DNA from: a virus
Virus record (IMG/VR): IMGVR_UViG_3300027823_000003
Location: 1 to 39,165 of that record
DNA: 39,165 nt
Strand: one strand, 5' to 3'
Part shown: positions 1-7,620 of the stretch, in pieces
Layout: the number at the start of each line of letters is the position of its first letter
Numbering within the stretch: the first letter of the stretch is position 1
Position numbers and translations under genes: made by a program
Notes under the pieces: generated by a model
What the model saw: only the letters and a program-made list of their open reading frames with translations
Told to the model about the DNA's origin: nothing
Databases searched by the model: none

Positions 1-127
1 CCACGCCACGCTTCCGCCGCTTTGTTCACGCCTTCGCTTTGTTCTTTTGATTCAATCATTTTATTATTTCCGTTTTATTGTTTTGTTTACGCCACTGAAA
101 TTTCAGAGGCCAGCCTGATCACGCAGC
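1..127. repeat. Terminal direct repeat, exact copy of 39039..39165 (circular-closure overlap)
   Basis: The first 127 nt (ccacgccacgcttccgcc...cctgatcacgcagc) recur exactly as the last 127 nt. The repeat cuts through coding sequence: the 5' end of the 38504..39097 gene and the 3' end of the 87..758 gene. This fits a circular or permuted contig better than a physical DTR. Confidence 0.9.
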
Positions 128-758
128 CGCGGCCAACTTTTAAACATCCGTCATGCCGCCTAAGTAATTCTTCGGTAACGCCGCCTTCCCGCCATATAAG
201 CAGTTCAGCTTCGAGTTCCCGCATCCGCCTTTCTGCGTGTCCTAATCGGCCAGCCGCCGTAGAAAGAACAAGGTCAGCATCATAGTCAAGTTCAGCCGGG
301 ACTCTCATGGTAAATTCTCTTGCCACAGCTTCACGGCCTAACGTGACAAAATTCGATAATTCTTTTAGACGATTACAGATAACATCCGTCGGTACATCTT
401 CTCTAGTTTTATAGTTTGTGCTCATTTTTAGTTTTTCCTTTTTATTGTTTTGGCGCGTGTCTGCCTCTGCCGCCAACTGTTCTAGTTCGTTCACCCGATA
501 AATTTCAATCGTCCATTCGCGGACTACCCAGTGCCATGTAGATAGGCTCCACCCCTGTCTCCTAAAGATGCGCTTGCCCATCAGTTCCACGGCGTCAAAT
601 TGCCAAGCTTCTTCTTGGTTATCATACCATCTATTAGTAGGGAACAAGCGGTAAAGAGGTTGAGGTTTAGCCGTGGGCGGATTTTGTTCATTTAGCTTTA
701 TTGCATGAAGTGCTTCGAGAATTTTAGATACGTCGTCTTGCGTATAATTACTATTCAA
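87..758 (-). CDS. Hypothetical protein
   Basis: The ORF is open 87..803. An in-frame TTG at 758 lies 5 nt after AAGGAG and 1 nt after the stop of the upstream gene. The ATG at 803 would overlap that gene by 44 nt and has no SD. No recognisable motif. An internal Met (MSTNYK, about 426) also has AGGA upstream, so two products cannot be excluded. Confidence 0.6.
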   Translation of the reverse strand: MNSNYTQDDVSKILEALHAIKLNEQNPPTAKPQPLYRLFPTNRWYDNQEEAWQFDAVELMGKRIFRRQGWSLSTWHWVVREWTIEIYRVNELEQLAAEADTRQNNKKEKLKMSTNYKTREDVPTDVICNRLKELSNFVTLGREAVAREFTMRVPAELDYDADLVLSTAAGRLGHAERRMRELEAELLIWREGGVTEELLRRHDGCLKVGRGCVIRLASEISVA

Positions 759-759
759 T

Positions 760-966
760 TTAGCTCCTTTTAGGCGTTGAAGTTGGAGGCATAGGGATGA
801 CATCGAATGTATATTTATCCCCGATTTTATGCATAACGTGAAATGATTTTACTCCAGATTTTGCCATCTTTTCCGCGAGCCATACCGCATGATCCGCCCA
901 CCGCTCTTCAGGCGGGACCGGTATAGGAGCGGTAGTGTCATCTTCTTCATTCGATCTTATACTCAT
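760..966 (-). CDS. Small hypothetical protein, paralogue of 38279..38500
   Basis: 68-aa ORF whose ATG overlaps the upstream stop (ttATGAgt). It shares MSI...W.....AEKM...VKSF.V.HK.G.K..F..IPMP with the 73-aa product of 38279..38500. Confidence 0.7.
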   Translation of the reverse strand: MSIRSNEEDDTTAPIPVPPEERWADHAVWLAEKMAKSGVKSFHVMHKIGDKYTFDVIPMPPTSTPKRS

Positions 967-2526
967 AAATTATTCTCATCCTTTTTTGATAAAATTAAAA
1001 AAGCTTCCGCCGCGCAGAGCGGGACTTGCCCGTTTCCGATTGCCTTCAGCCGACCGACCCGCGCAGGCACCTTATGGGCAGTGCGGGGAACATCATCTTC
1101 CCATGTTTGATTTCTCCACGCTTCTTTCCCATCGCATCCCATAAAACGGGGTAGGGTCTGAATGGTTACACCTTTTTTACAAATATCCACAAGCCCCCAC
1201 GCCGCGCTAGATGATACCTTGTTTTCAAACATGACCGCCAGCAGAATCTCTGCTTCTTGGATGTCAATAGGGATTCCAGTTTTACGTTGAAATTCCTGCG
1301 CGTGGACGGAATTGCGTAACACCCGCAAAACTTCTTTAGTTCTTATCTCCGCGTTTTCGCAAAATCCCATGAGCCATGAAATAAAATAGTAGTCATTCAT
1401 CGGTTGCAAGTCCGTCCAATCCCGCGGCCACCCCATCAGTTTTTCAACCCATGTCGGATTTAGCAGTGCGCCTGCTCCACCCTCTGGACTTACCGCCGTA
1501 TTTAGGCGAACTTGCTGACCCTTTGCCTCACGCTCCGCTTGTGATTGGTTGCTCCATTTATTGCTATCGCTAGCGTTAGGCGTAGGCCATTTCACGGAAG
1601 ACGGTGGTGGAGTCGGTTGTCGGTTCCAATATTCCTCAGAGGTTTCAAACTGCATCTCGTCTGCGAAGGTGCGAGTGGGCTGCGCAGTCCAAAACTTCGG
1701 CGACATCACTTGCTCCGCCAAACCTCCGGGACTGTCCTGCCGACCAATACTTTCCCTGTACGCGGTTCGCTTCTCACGCCGCTCTTCTGTAGGTGCGATG
1801 TTGACGCATGTTGGAGTCAGCCACATTTTTACTTTCACGGCGTGAGTCAACCCCTGAATCTTTTCTGGGCAGTTAGGGTTCACGCCACTCCGCTCAGAGC
1901 TTGTTGGCGTGGGCCACATCTTCACGAACTCCGCAGGGTTCGGTTTGCAATTTTCCGCAAATTCCGAGGATCGCTCCGTCATGCTCGCTGTCGGAGTCCC
2001 AAGCCACAATCCAGATTCGTTCTCGTTTGTGATTTGCACCGACATGGACTGCTCCCAGCACTCCCCAGCGAGCATTATACCCCATCTCGGCCAAGTCCCC
2101 GAGAACTCTGCCAAGTCCCCGAGAAGTAAGTACTGGTGAGTTTTCCACGTATGCGTAGCGAGGTCTAACCTCGCCAATGATGCGGGCCATGTGAGCCCAC
2201 ATGCCGGATCGGGATCCGTCAATTCCTGCGCCTTTTCCGGCAGAAGAAATATCCTGACAGGGGAAGCCTCCAGACACCACGTCAACACGTCCGCGCCAAG
2301 GGAGTCCGTCGAAGGTTTGTACGTCATCCCAGATAGGATACGCGACGGTGCATCCATCGTTTTGCCGTGAGACCAAAACATCCCGAGCGTGTCCTTCCCA
2401 TTCGACGGCACAGACGGTAGTCCATCCAAGCAGTTTTCCGCCAAGCAGCCCGCCGCCAGCCCCTGCGAAGAGTGCGAGTTCTCGAAGTTCTGAATTAACT
2501 TGTTGCTGAAATGCCAACTCATTCAT
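963..2526 (-). CDS. DNA (cytosine-5)-methyltransferase, interrupted by a +1 frame change near 1995-1997 (frameshifted or two-subunit)
   Basis: The frame starting at 2526 (stop 1894) carries motifs I FAGAGG, IV GFPCQDIS, VI ENSP and VIII HKRERIWIVA, and is preceded by SD GGGGGAGG. The +1 frame (open 2522..963) carries LWLGTPTAS, MWPTPTSS, MWLTPTC and KWPTPNASD modules, the motif IX-like LNPTWVEKLMGWPRDWT, and motif X RLKAIGNGQVP. Confidence 0.8.
2086..2125. repeat. 20-bp tandem duplication inside the C5-methyltransferase gene
   Basis: ctcggccaagtccccgagaa (2086-2105) is followed directly by ctctgccaagtccccgagaa (2106-2125), 19/20 identical. It is read through in frame as SRGLGRVLGDLAE. Confidence 0.85.
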
Positions 2527-2573
2527 GCCTCCCCCGTTTTGTGATTTTTAATTTAATTTTCATAGGTTGCTTT

Positions 2574-3320
2574 TTAAGTGGTAGAAGTGAAGAAATCCGT
2601 TTGCGCCGTATCCTTAGCTATTCTAGCCTTGGCCGCCGCGTAGTAGTCTGGGTCAATCTCGCAGGCTGTTAAGTGCATTCCGGCGTAGTGGCAGGCTATG
2701 GCGTGAGAGCCTGATCCAAGATGCGTGTCAATGATTTTCATCCCTTGTTTTACATAGTTGGCTAGTAGCCATTTGTAAAGCGCAACAGGCTTCTGTGTTG
2801 GGTGGATTCTCAGCTCCTTGTTTCTCATGTCGCCTTGAATCATTCCATTCCATCGGAACTTAAATATCCTGACAGCTCTATCGTGGGACGTGTAAGCCAG
2901 TTCTGCATCCGCAAAATCTCCAGAGTTCTCTTTATCCCAGACTATCCATGACGGCGAAGCAAGTTTAATTTTGTCCATCATGTGATTAGCACCCCATATT
3001 ATTTGATGTTTTGAGACCCGCTGAAGTTCCTCAAAGTATTCCACAGGTGGCGTCTCTTTGTCCCATTTTTTATTAGTATACTTCGTCGAAGCCACAAGGT
3101 TACTGCGTGAATGGTTCTTTCTTCCATCCTCGCCAATCCCATAAGGAGGATCGACAATCGCCAGATCGAAGTGCCTATCTGGGAATGTCTTCATCACGTC
3201 CATACAGTCCGCCATCCGTATATCCAAAGAGCCGTAACACGGCACCGCCGCGCCAGTCTGTGACGGAGTTTCGTCGTGGTTTGAGAGGGTGAACGGAGTA
3301 GTGTCTTCTTCCATAATCAT
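2574..3320 (-). CDS. DNA amino-methyltransferase (N6-adenine or N4-cytosine), beta-class, DPPY
   Basis: Motif IV IVDPPYG comes first, then WIVWDK and HPTQKP, then the C-terminal AdoMet motif IDTHLGSGS. This is the beta-class order typical of the N6_N4 methylase family. Confidence 0.85.
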   Translation of the reverse strand: MIMEEDTTPFTLSNHDETPSQTGAAVPCYGSLDIRMADCMDVMKTFPDRHFDLAIVDPPYGIGEDGRKNHSRSNLVASTKYTNKKWDKETPPVEYFEELQRVSKHQIIWGANHMMDKIKLASPSWIVWDKENSGDFADAELAYTSHDRAVRIFKFRWNGMIQGDMRNKELRIHPTQKPVALYKWLLANYVKQGMKIIDTHLGSGSHAIACHYAGMHLTACEIDPDYYAAAKARIAKDTAQTDFFTSTT

Positions 3321-3327
3321 GATTTTG

Positions 3328-3344
3328 TTCTTTCGTTAGTGTTG
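3328..3344. repeat. 17-nt exact repeat ttctttcgttagtgttg (second copy 5055..5071) in a gene leader
   Basis: Identical 17-mers lie 9-10 nt upstream of the start codons at 3320 and 5046 (minus-strand reading CAACACTAACGAAAGAA). Flanks are also similar (ATAAAAC upstream). Confidence 0.85.
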
Positions 3345-3350
3345 CAGGTT

Positions 3351-4406
3351 TTATAGAGCAAGCCCTATGGTTACGTTTGCGCGTTGGTGAATTAGTTGTG
3401 CATAGTTCGGGTTTAGTTCAAGTAGTATGGCTCGCCTACCTAATTCTAATGCGACTTCTCCCGTTGTCCCACTGCCGCCGAATGGATCAAGAACTACGTC
3501 ACCGGGTTTCGTTCCTGCCATGATGCAAGGTTTTATTAAATCAGGAGGATATGTAGCGAAGTGTGCTCCCTTGTAAGGCTTGGTTGCCACGCTCCACACG
3601 CTGCGTTTGTTCCGAGTGCCACTTGCTCCCACGTCCTGCATTTCTCGCCCTTCGCGATTAGCTCCTTGTCCACGGAAGGCATTCTGTCCGCCGCGGCCCA
3701 CCGCCTTCATTGGTCCATTAGTTTTACCAGGCACTCGGTTACTTCCAAGCTGCGAATCCACATCTTGAGTTAACCGTTTCACCGTGCTCTCAGCAACCTG
3801 CTCTTTGATCGCCTCATTGTCGTAGTAGTAGTGAGCCGACTTCGACAGCAGGAAGATGTATTCGTGGCTTTTGGTGCATCGGTCGGTGACGCTTTCCGGC
3901 ATCGGGTTAGGCTTGCTCCAGATAATATCTTGCCTCAGATACCATCCATCCGCCCGCAGTGCAAAGGCCACCATCCACGGAATACCCACCAAGTCTTTTT
4001 GCTTTATTCCTAAATTTATTAAACTTCGAGTGCGGTCTCCCCGCCCATTTCTGTCGTCTTGTGAAGATGATGTCTTTTTCCCTATCAGGCTATTCTCCCT
4101 ATTACTTTTCGTGTCAGAAGCCGCTCCGCAGTATGAATCACCGAGATTCAACCAAAGAGTCCCGTCCTTTTTTAATACTCGCCTAACTTCACGGAAGACT
4201 TCTACCAAGGTTTTTACAAATTCATCTGGTGTTACCTCCCGTCCAATCTGTTCGGTATGTCCATAATCCCGCAGCCCCCAGTAGGGTGGAGAAGTCACGC
4301 AGCATTGGACAGACTCATTAGGCATCGCCTTGAGTAATTCACGGCAATCCCCTACGCGAACATCAAGCAAGCAACCAACGAAAGGAGTAATATTTTCAGT
4401 CGTCAT
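3351..4406 (-). CDS. DNA amino-methyltransferase (N4-cytosine or N6-adenine), beta-class, SPPY
   Basis: Motif IV CVTSPPYWGLRDYG is near the N-terminus. The C-terminal HFATYPPDLIKPCI...GDVVLDPFGGSGTTGEVA matches the N6_N4 methylase signature. Confidence 0.85.
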   Translation of the reverse strand: MTTENITPFVGCLLDVRVGDCRELLKAMPNESVQCCVTSPPYWGLRDYGHTEQIGREVTPDEFVKTLVEVFREVRRVLKKDGTLWLNLGDSYCGAASDTKSNRENSLIGKKTSSSQDDRNGRGDRTRSLINLGIKQKDLVGIPWMVAFALRADGWYLRQDIIWSKPNPMPESVTDRCTKSHEYIFLLSKSAHYYYDNEAIKEQVAESTVKRLTQDVDSQLGSNRVPGKTNGPMKAVGRGGQNAFRGQGANREGREMQDVGASGTRNKRSVWSVATKPYKGAHFATYPPDLIKPCIMAGTKPGDVVLDPFGGSGTTGEVALELGRRAILLELNPNYAQLIHQRANVTIGLAL

Positions 4407-4747
4407 AAATTATCCTTTGTTTTTATGTTTTTAGCTAGTCTGAGTTGTTCAGTAATGCAGTCGTGCATTAGCGACAGGACACTGGATTCTTTTTCCGGCT
4501 CGCCCTTTGCTTCAATGCCGCCCCTGTTCATCCGCTCCTCTGGGAACTCATCACCCCGCCCGTATGATTTCCACCAAAGGTCGATAGCCTTGTCACACTC
4601 AAAATGATATCGGCCATGGAAGAAGTCTCCATCGTGCTTGCCTTGGTGTGTCACGGACGGTTCTCCCTCGTTGATCATTTCTCCGCACCAGTCGCATTGT
4701 TTAGTTGAGCGCGTGCGCTTGATTTCGATTCTACTGTTGAAGCTCAT
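4403..4747 (-). CDS. Hypothetical Cys/His-rich (zinc-binding-like) protein
   Basis: 114-aa ORF with ATGA coupling at both ends. It contains CDWCGE...HGRYHFEC. Confidence 0.65.
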   Translation of the reverse strand: MSFNSRIEIKRTRSTKQCDWCGEMINEGEPSVTHQGKHDGDFFHGRYHFECDKAIDLWWKSYGRGDEFPEERMNRGGIEAKGEPEKESSVLSLMHDCITEQLRLAKNIKTKDNL

Positions 4748-5046
4748 GGTTTATTTTCTTTCGCTTCTATCGGTCCCTCATCTTTTTCGTTCGGCGCATT
4801 AAAAATTTCCCACATCATCTCGCGGGTAGAGGCTCCGTGCGCCCTCCTTTTCTCAGCTTTGTAAAGAGATTCAGCGAGTGTCTTACCAGCTCGTTGCAAC
4901 CTAGCTTTGGCAGCAGCCATGTCGTCGATGTATCCGCTGCATGCTGATTGGCCGCTGCGGATAGTGGAAAGATCATTTATAGCCTCTTGTATCTCCATAA
5001 GTGCCGAACAATCCGATGCTTCCGATTCTGAGTTTTGGGTGTTCAT
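4744..5046 (-). CDS. Hypothetical protein
   Basis: 100-aa ORF starting at an ATG preceded by the conserved CAACACTAACGAAAGAA leader. Its stop overlaps the next start. Confidence 0.65.
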   Translation of the reverse strand: MNTQNSESEASDCSALMEIQEAINDLSTIRSGQSACSGYIDDMAAAKARLQRAGKTLAESLYKAEKRRAHGASTREMMWEIFNAPNEKDEGPIEAKENKP

Positions 5047-5243
5047 TGCTTATTTTCTTTCGTTAGTGTTGTTTTATGCGATCCGTTTTTTACAAACCGC
5101 CCGGGCATATCCCTGGCCGATTCTGTCTCTAGCGCAAAGCCTACCGTTCGACTCCGCATATACCTACCTGTGACTCCTCGGATTGCAGATAAGGCCAGCA
5201 ACCGACTCGTCTCGTATTGGATTTTTTTATCTAAGTGTTTCAT
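5043..5243 (-). CDS. Hypothetical small basic protein (uncertain)
   Basis: 66-aa ORF that fills the gap after dnaB. Its start sits in the recurrent TAATTTATGA context. However, its 3' end overlaps a leader motif that is non-coding at its other copy, so the region could be regulatory. Confidence 0.4.
   Translation of the reverse strand: MKHLDKKIQYETSRLLALSAIRGVTGRYMRSRTVGFALETESARDMPGRFVKNGSHKTTLTKENKQ
5055..5071. repeat. 17-nt exact repeat ttctttcgttagtgttg (second copy of 3328..3344)
   Basis: See 3328..3344. Confidence 0.85.
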
Positions 5244-5246
5244 AAA

Positions 5247-6668
5247 TTAATACGTCTGCCGCCCCTCAGTTGCTTCACTTTGCCTTTCCTTGAAAGTGTA
5301 AGTTGATCCGTGATAATCAAAATATCGATAAACCCCTTTTTCACTTTCGCGAGATTTCTCGATTGACGCCTTGATGACCAAAGGCGCGCCCTCCTCCCGT
5401 TCGGCATTCAGTTTTTTGTCTTCCTCTAAGAAAATAATCGTGTGCGCATCTTGGATGATTTGCCCCGATCCGCGAATATCCGCCATGCTTGGCCGTCCGC
5501 TCCTGAGTCCTTCCTTATTAAACTGGACTAAAACAACAAACGGGATTCCGAGTGCCTTTGATGTCTGCTGGATGATCTTGCTAGCTTGCCGCGTCGTCTC
5601 CGTTTCGATGTCGCCACTCACCCTTTCTTCCAGAGAAAATAATTGTAAATAGTCCACGAACCCGATTTCAATTTTATGATGTCGGTGCATCCACCGTGCG
5701 CGTGAAGCAAATTTCTTGGGCGTCATAAACCCGTCATCATCGATATAAAGTGGGAGTGTGGATAGATCGGTAGCCGCTAAACAAATAGCATCATGCTCAC
5801 GCGTGCCCCAGTTTTGCGGATGCCGCACTAACCCGCTCCTCATAGGAGCTTGTTGAGAAAAAAAACGCCGCGTCAACTGAAGCCGCGTCATTTCGAGAGA
5901 GAAAAAACCTACACTATGTCCTGGCCTCCTCGTCTCACCTGTCTCAATATCTTTGCGACTACTCGCCATATTTTTAGCCAGGTTCATTGCAAAAGCTGTC
6001 TTACCGAGGCCAGGAGGGGCAGCTATGACGATGTACTCTCCCCCTAAAAATCCGCCTAGCAAAAGGTCCAGTTGATAAAATCCCGTGGGAATTCCGGAAT
6101 AAACATTTTTTTTACCAACCAACTTTTCTGATTCAACCAAAAACTCATTTACCGCTTCTTTTAAAACGCACACGCTAGACCTGCCAGACCCTCCTTGGCT
6201 TTTATCGACTACCGACGCTATAGCTATCTCCGTAGCCGCTAATACAGCCTCATGAGCCTCGGGCTGATCATACACCGCTTGGATTGATTCGAGGTTTTTC
6301 CGCACTAGGGCGCGCATTAAAGATTTGCTCCTCACAATTTTCGCGTGGAATTCCCACGTCAATGTTGACAACATCATTGCGCCAAGCTCGCCCACCGCAC
6401 CTAGCCCGCCGACCTGCCCATCTTGCTTGCGGTCCACTAACCACTGCATGCACGTCCCCACGTCCACCGGTTCCCCCGCCGTCCTCATAGACAGGAGTTC
6501 AGAAAATAAAATCTGATAGGCTGGACTAAAAAAATCAGCAGCATCCAGCACCATTGCGATTTCTTCGATCAATTGTGGTTCGGTCAGCATCGCGCCCACC
6601 ACCAACCGCTCCGACTCCTCCGCCCAGATTACGGGCAGCTCTGCCAACGAAATAATATTTTCTTTCAT
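5247..6668 (-). CDS. dnaB: Replicative DNA helicase, DnaB family
   Basis: 473 aa. It has a DnaB N-terminal domain-like start (ERLVVGAMLTEP), SGIPTGFYQLDLLLGG, Walker A APPGLGKT, Walker B FVDYLQL, and a C-terminal RGSGQIIQDAH. Confidence 0.9.
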   Translation of the reverse strand: MKENIISLAELPVIWAEESERLVVGAMLTEPQLIEEIAMVLDAADFFSPAYQILFSELLSMRTAGEPVDVGTCMQWLVDRKQDGQVGGLGAVGELGAMMLSTLTWEFHAKIVRSKSLMRALVRKNLESIQAVYDQPEAHEAVLAATEIAIASVVDKSQGGSGRSSVCVLKEAVNEFLVESEKLVGKKNVYSGIPTGFYQLDLLLGGFLGGEYIVIAAPPGLGKTAFAMNLAKNMASSRKDIETGETRRPGHSVGFFSLEMTRLQLTRRFFSQQAPMRSGLVRHPQNWGTREHDAICLAATDLSTLPLYIDDDGFMTPKKFASRARWMHRHHKIEIGFVDYLQLFSLEERVSGDIETETTRQASKIIQQTSKALGIPFVVLVQFNKEGLRSGRPSMADIRGSGQIIQDAHTIIFLEEDKKLNAEREEGAPLVIKASIEKSRESEKGVYRYFDYHGSTYTFKERQSEATEGRQTY

Positions 6669-6850
6669 ACTGATTTTTTTAATTCTTCCACCCGCTCAAT
6701 AAGTTCTATGTCAAATATTTCACAACAGTCCGCGCATACACCTGTTTCAAATCCTGCCCCGCCGCCGTCCACAATTTTCTCCCCGCAAAAATCGCAAACT
6801 AATGGCTTCCTCGATCGATGTAATTCTTCAATCACTGGATGCACGCTCAT
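6665..6850 (-). CDS. Small zinc-ribbon-like protein
   Basis: 61 aa with CDFCGE...CADCC. It has ATGA overlaps with both neighbours. Confidence 0.6.
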   Translation of the reverse strand: MSVHPVIEELHRSRKPLVCDFCGEKIVDGGGAGFETGVCADCCEIFDIELIERVEELKKSV

Positions 6851-7620
6851 ACTGTTTTATCCTCCCTAGCCGCCAGACGCTCCTCAGCCATCCTCTCATC
6901 CTCCGCAGCCCGCCGCCGTAGGATTTCATCCGCCGCTAACTCAGGACTCCGCACCGAGGCCACCACCGCGCCGCGAGGCACCTGATTAAATTTTTCCGCG
7001 TTCCTCTGCCAATTCCGTAAAGCAGCCTTCCAATCCTTCATTGGACCCCGCCCGCCAACCCTCCACCCATTGCTCGTAAAATGATCGAAAAACCTCCCCG
7101 ATTCACCCGCAAAGAGATTTAGCGCAAACCCTTCAGCCGCTACTTCCGATGAAGTCGGTGGCTTAAATCTCTTTGCTATCTCCCCGTTAGGGAGAGTACA
7201 AGAGGGTACAGTACTCTTATCTAATCTTATCTTATCTGGTAACGGTTTTGTAACGGTGTCAGCGTTACAATTGAAACGGTGTTTAGTTACACGCCTATTT
7301 GCTTGCGCCCTACTTTTTGCTGAAAGTCCGTTATGTTCCTCGTAGTTAGGGAGTTGCAGCCCACCGTCTTCTAGTATTTTGATCCACTCCACCACCTCCA
7401 AAGCCTTGCAGAAACCATCAATCCGCACCGTATTATCCACCACTGCATCAGTGTACAGTGGTAGCACATTACCGACCGCATACTCATCAGCCAGCGACCA
7501 TAACGCATGTAGCGCACCTACCACCGTTACAGGTGTAACGCTCAAGCGTAACGCAAGCGTTACAACTTTTGGGTGACGGTGCAGGTTCGTCCGCATTTTT
7601 ATCCAGCCCTCCATTACCAC
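6847..7620 (-). CDS. Replication initiator / replisome organizer-like protein
   Basis: The N-terminus W.K.R.NL..HPKV..L......G....LW..ADE is typical of phage replisome-organizer proteins. The gene lies directly upstream of the helicase and carries iteron-like repeats. The C-terminal motif FFDHFTSNGWRVGGRGPMKDWKAALRNW is shared with 8282..8515. Confidence 0.6.
   Translation of the reverse strand: MVMEGWIKMRTNLHRHPKVVTLALRLSVTPVTVVGALHALWSLADEYAVGNVLPLYTDAVVDNTVRIDGFCKALEVVEWIKILEDGGLQLPNYEEHNGLSAKSRAQANRRVTKHRFNCNADTVTKPLPDKIRLDKSTVPSCTLPNGEIAKRFKPPTSSEVAAEGFALNLFAGESGRFFDHFTSNGWRVGGRGPMKDWKAALRNWQRNAEKFNQVPRGAVVASVRSPELAADEILRRRAAEDERMAEERLAAREDKTV
7238..7292. promoter_or_regulatory. Iteron-like repeat cluster (candidate origin, part 1)
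   Basis: GTAACGG occurs at 7239 and 7250 (11-bp spacing) and GAAACGG at 7273. There is an inverted pair TGTAACG-N7-CGTTACA (7249-7269). The cluster is preceded by the GATAAG-type repeats ttatctaatcttatcttatc. Confidence 0.5.
7524..7564. promoter_or_regulatory. Two perfect 16-bp palindromes built on GTAACG (candidate origin, part 2)
   Basis: CGTTACA-GG-TGTAACG (7525-7540) and GTAACGC-AA-GCGTTAC (7548-7563) have centres 23 bp apart. Confidence 0.5.

Noticed and set aside
1-127. The 127-nt terminal repeat as a biological T7-style direct terminal repeat.
   Set aside because: The repeat interrupts two coding regions and its length equals a common maximal assembler k-mer. This fits an assembly overlap of a circular or permuted genome. 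Only read-end analysis can settle it.
1998-2522. The N-terminal 175 aa or so of the 519-aa ORF 963..2522 as genuine protein.
   Set aside because: The other frame over the same DNA encodes unmistakable C5-MTase motifs I-VIII. The apparent family-like bits in the shadow frame (LGDLAE) are explained by the 20-bp tandem repeat. The unusual lack of stops is kept only as a caveat in the finding.
3321-3360. Resemblance of the CATAAAAC-AACACTAA-CGAAAG leader to T3/SP6-type single-subunit RNAP promoters (..CACTAAAGGGAGA).
   Set aside because: Only the CACTAA core and a few flanking bases match, and the genome encodes no recognisable single-subunit RNAP. The motif is kept as an unexplained element, not called a T7-like promoter.
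5135-5165. tRNA-like T-arm string (ccgttcgactccgc) in the dnaB-downstream region.
   Set aside because: The flanking bases do not pair into a T stem and no acceptor or anticodon arms can be drawn. It is probably a chance match.
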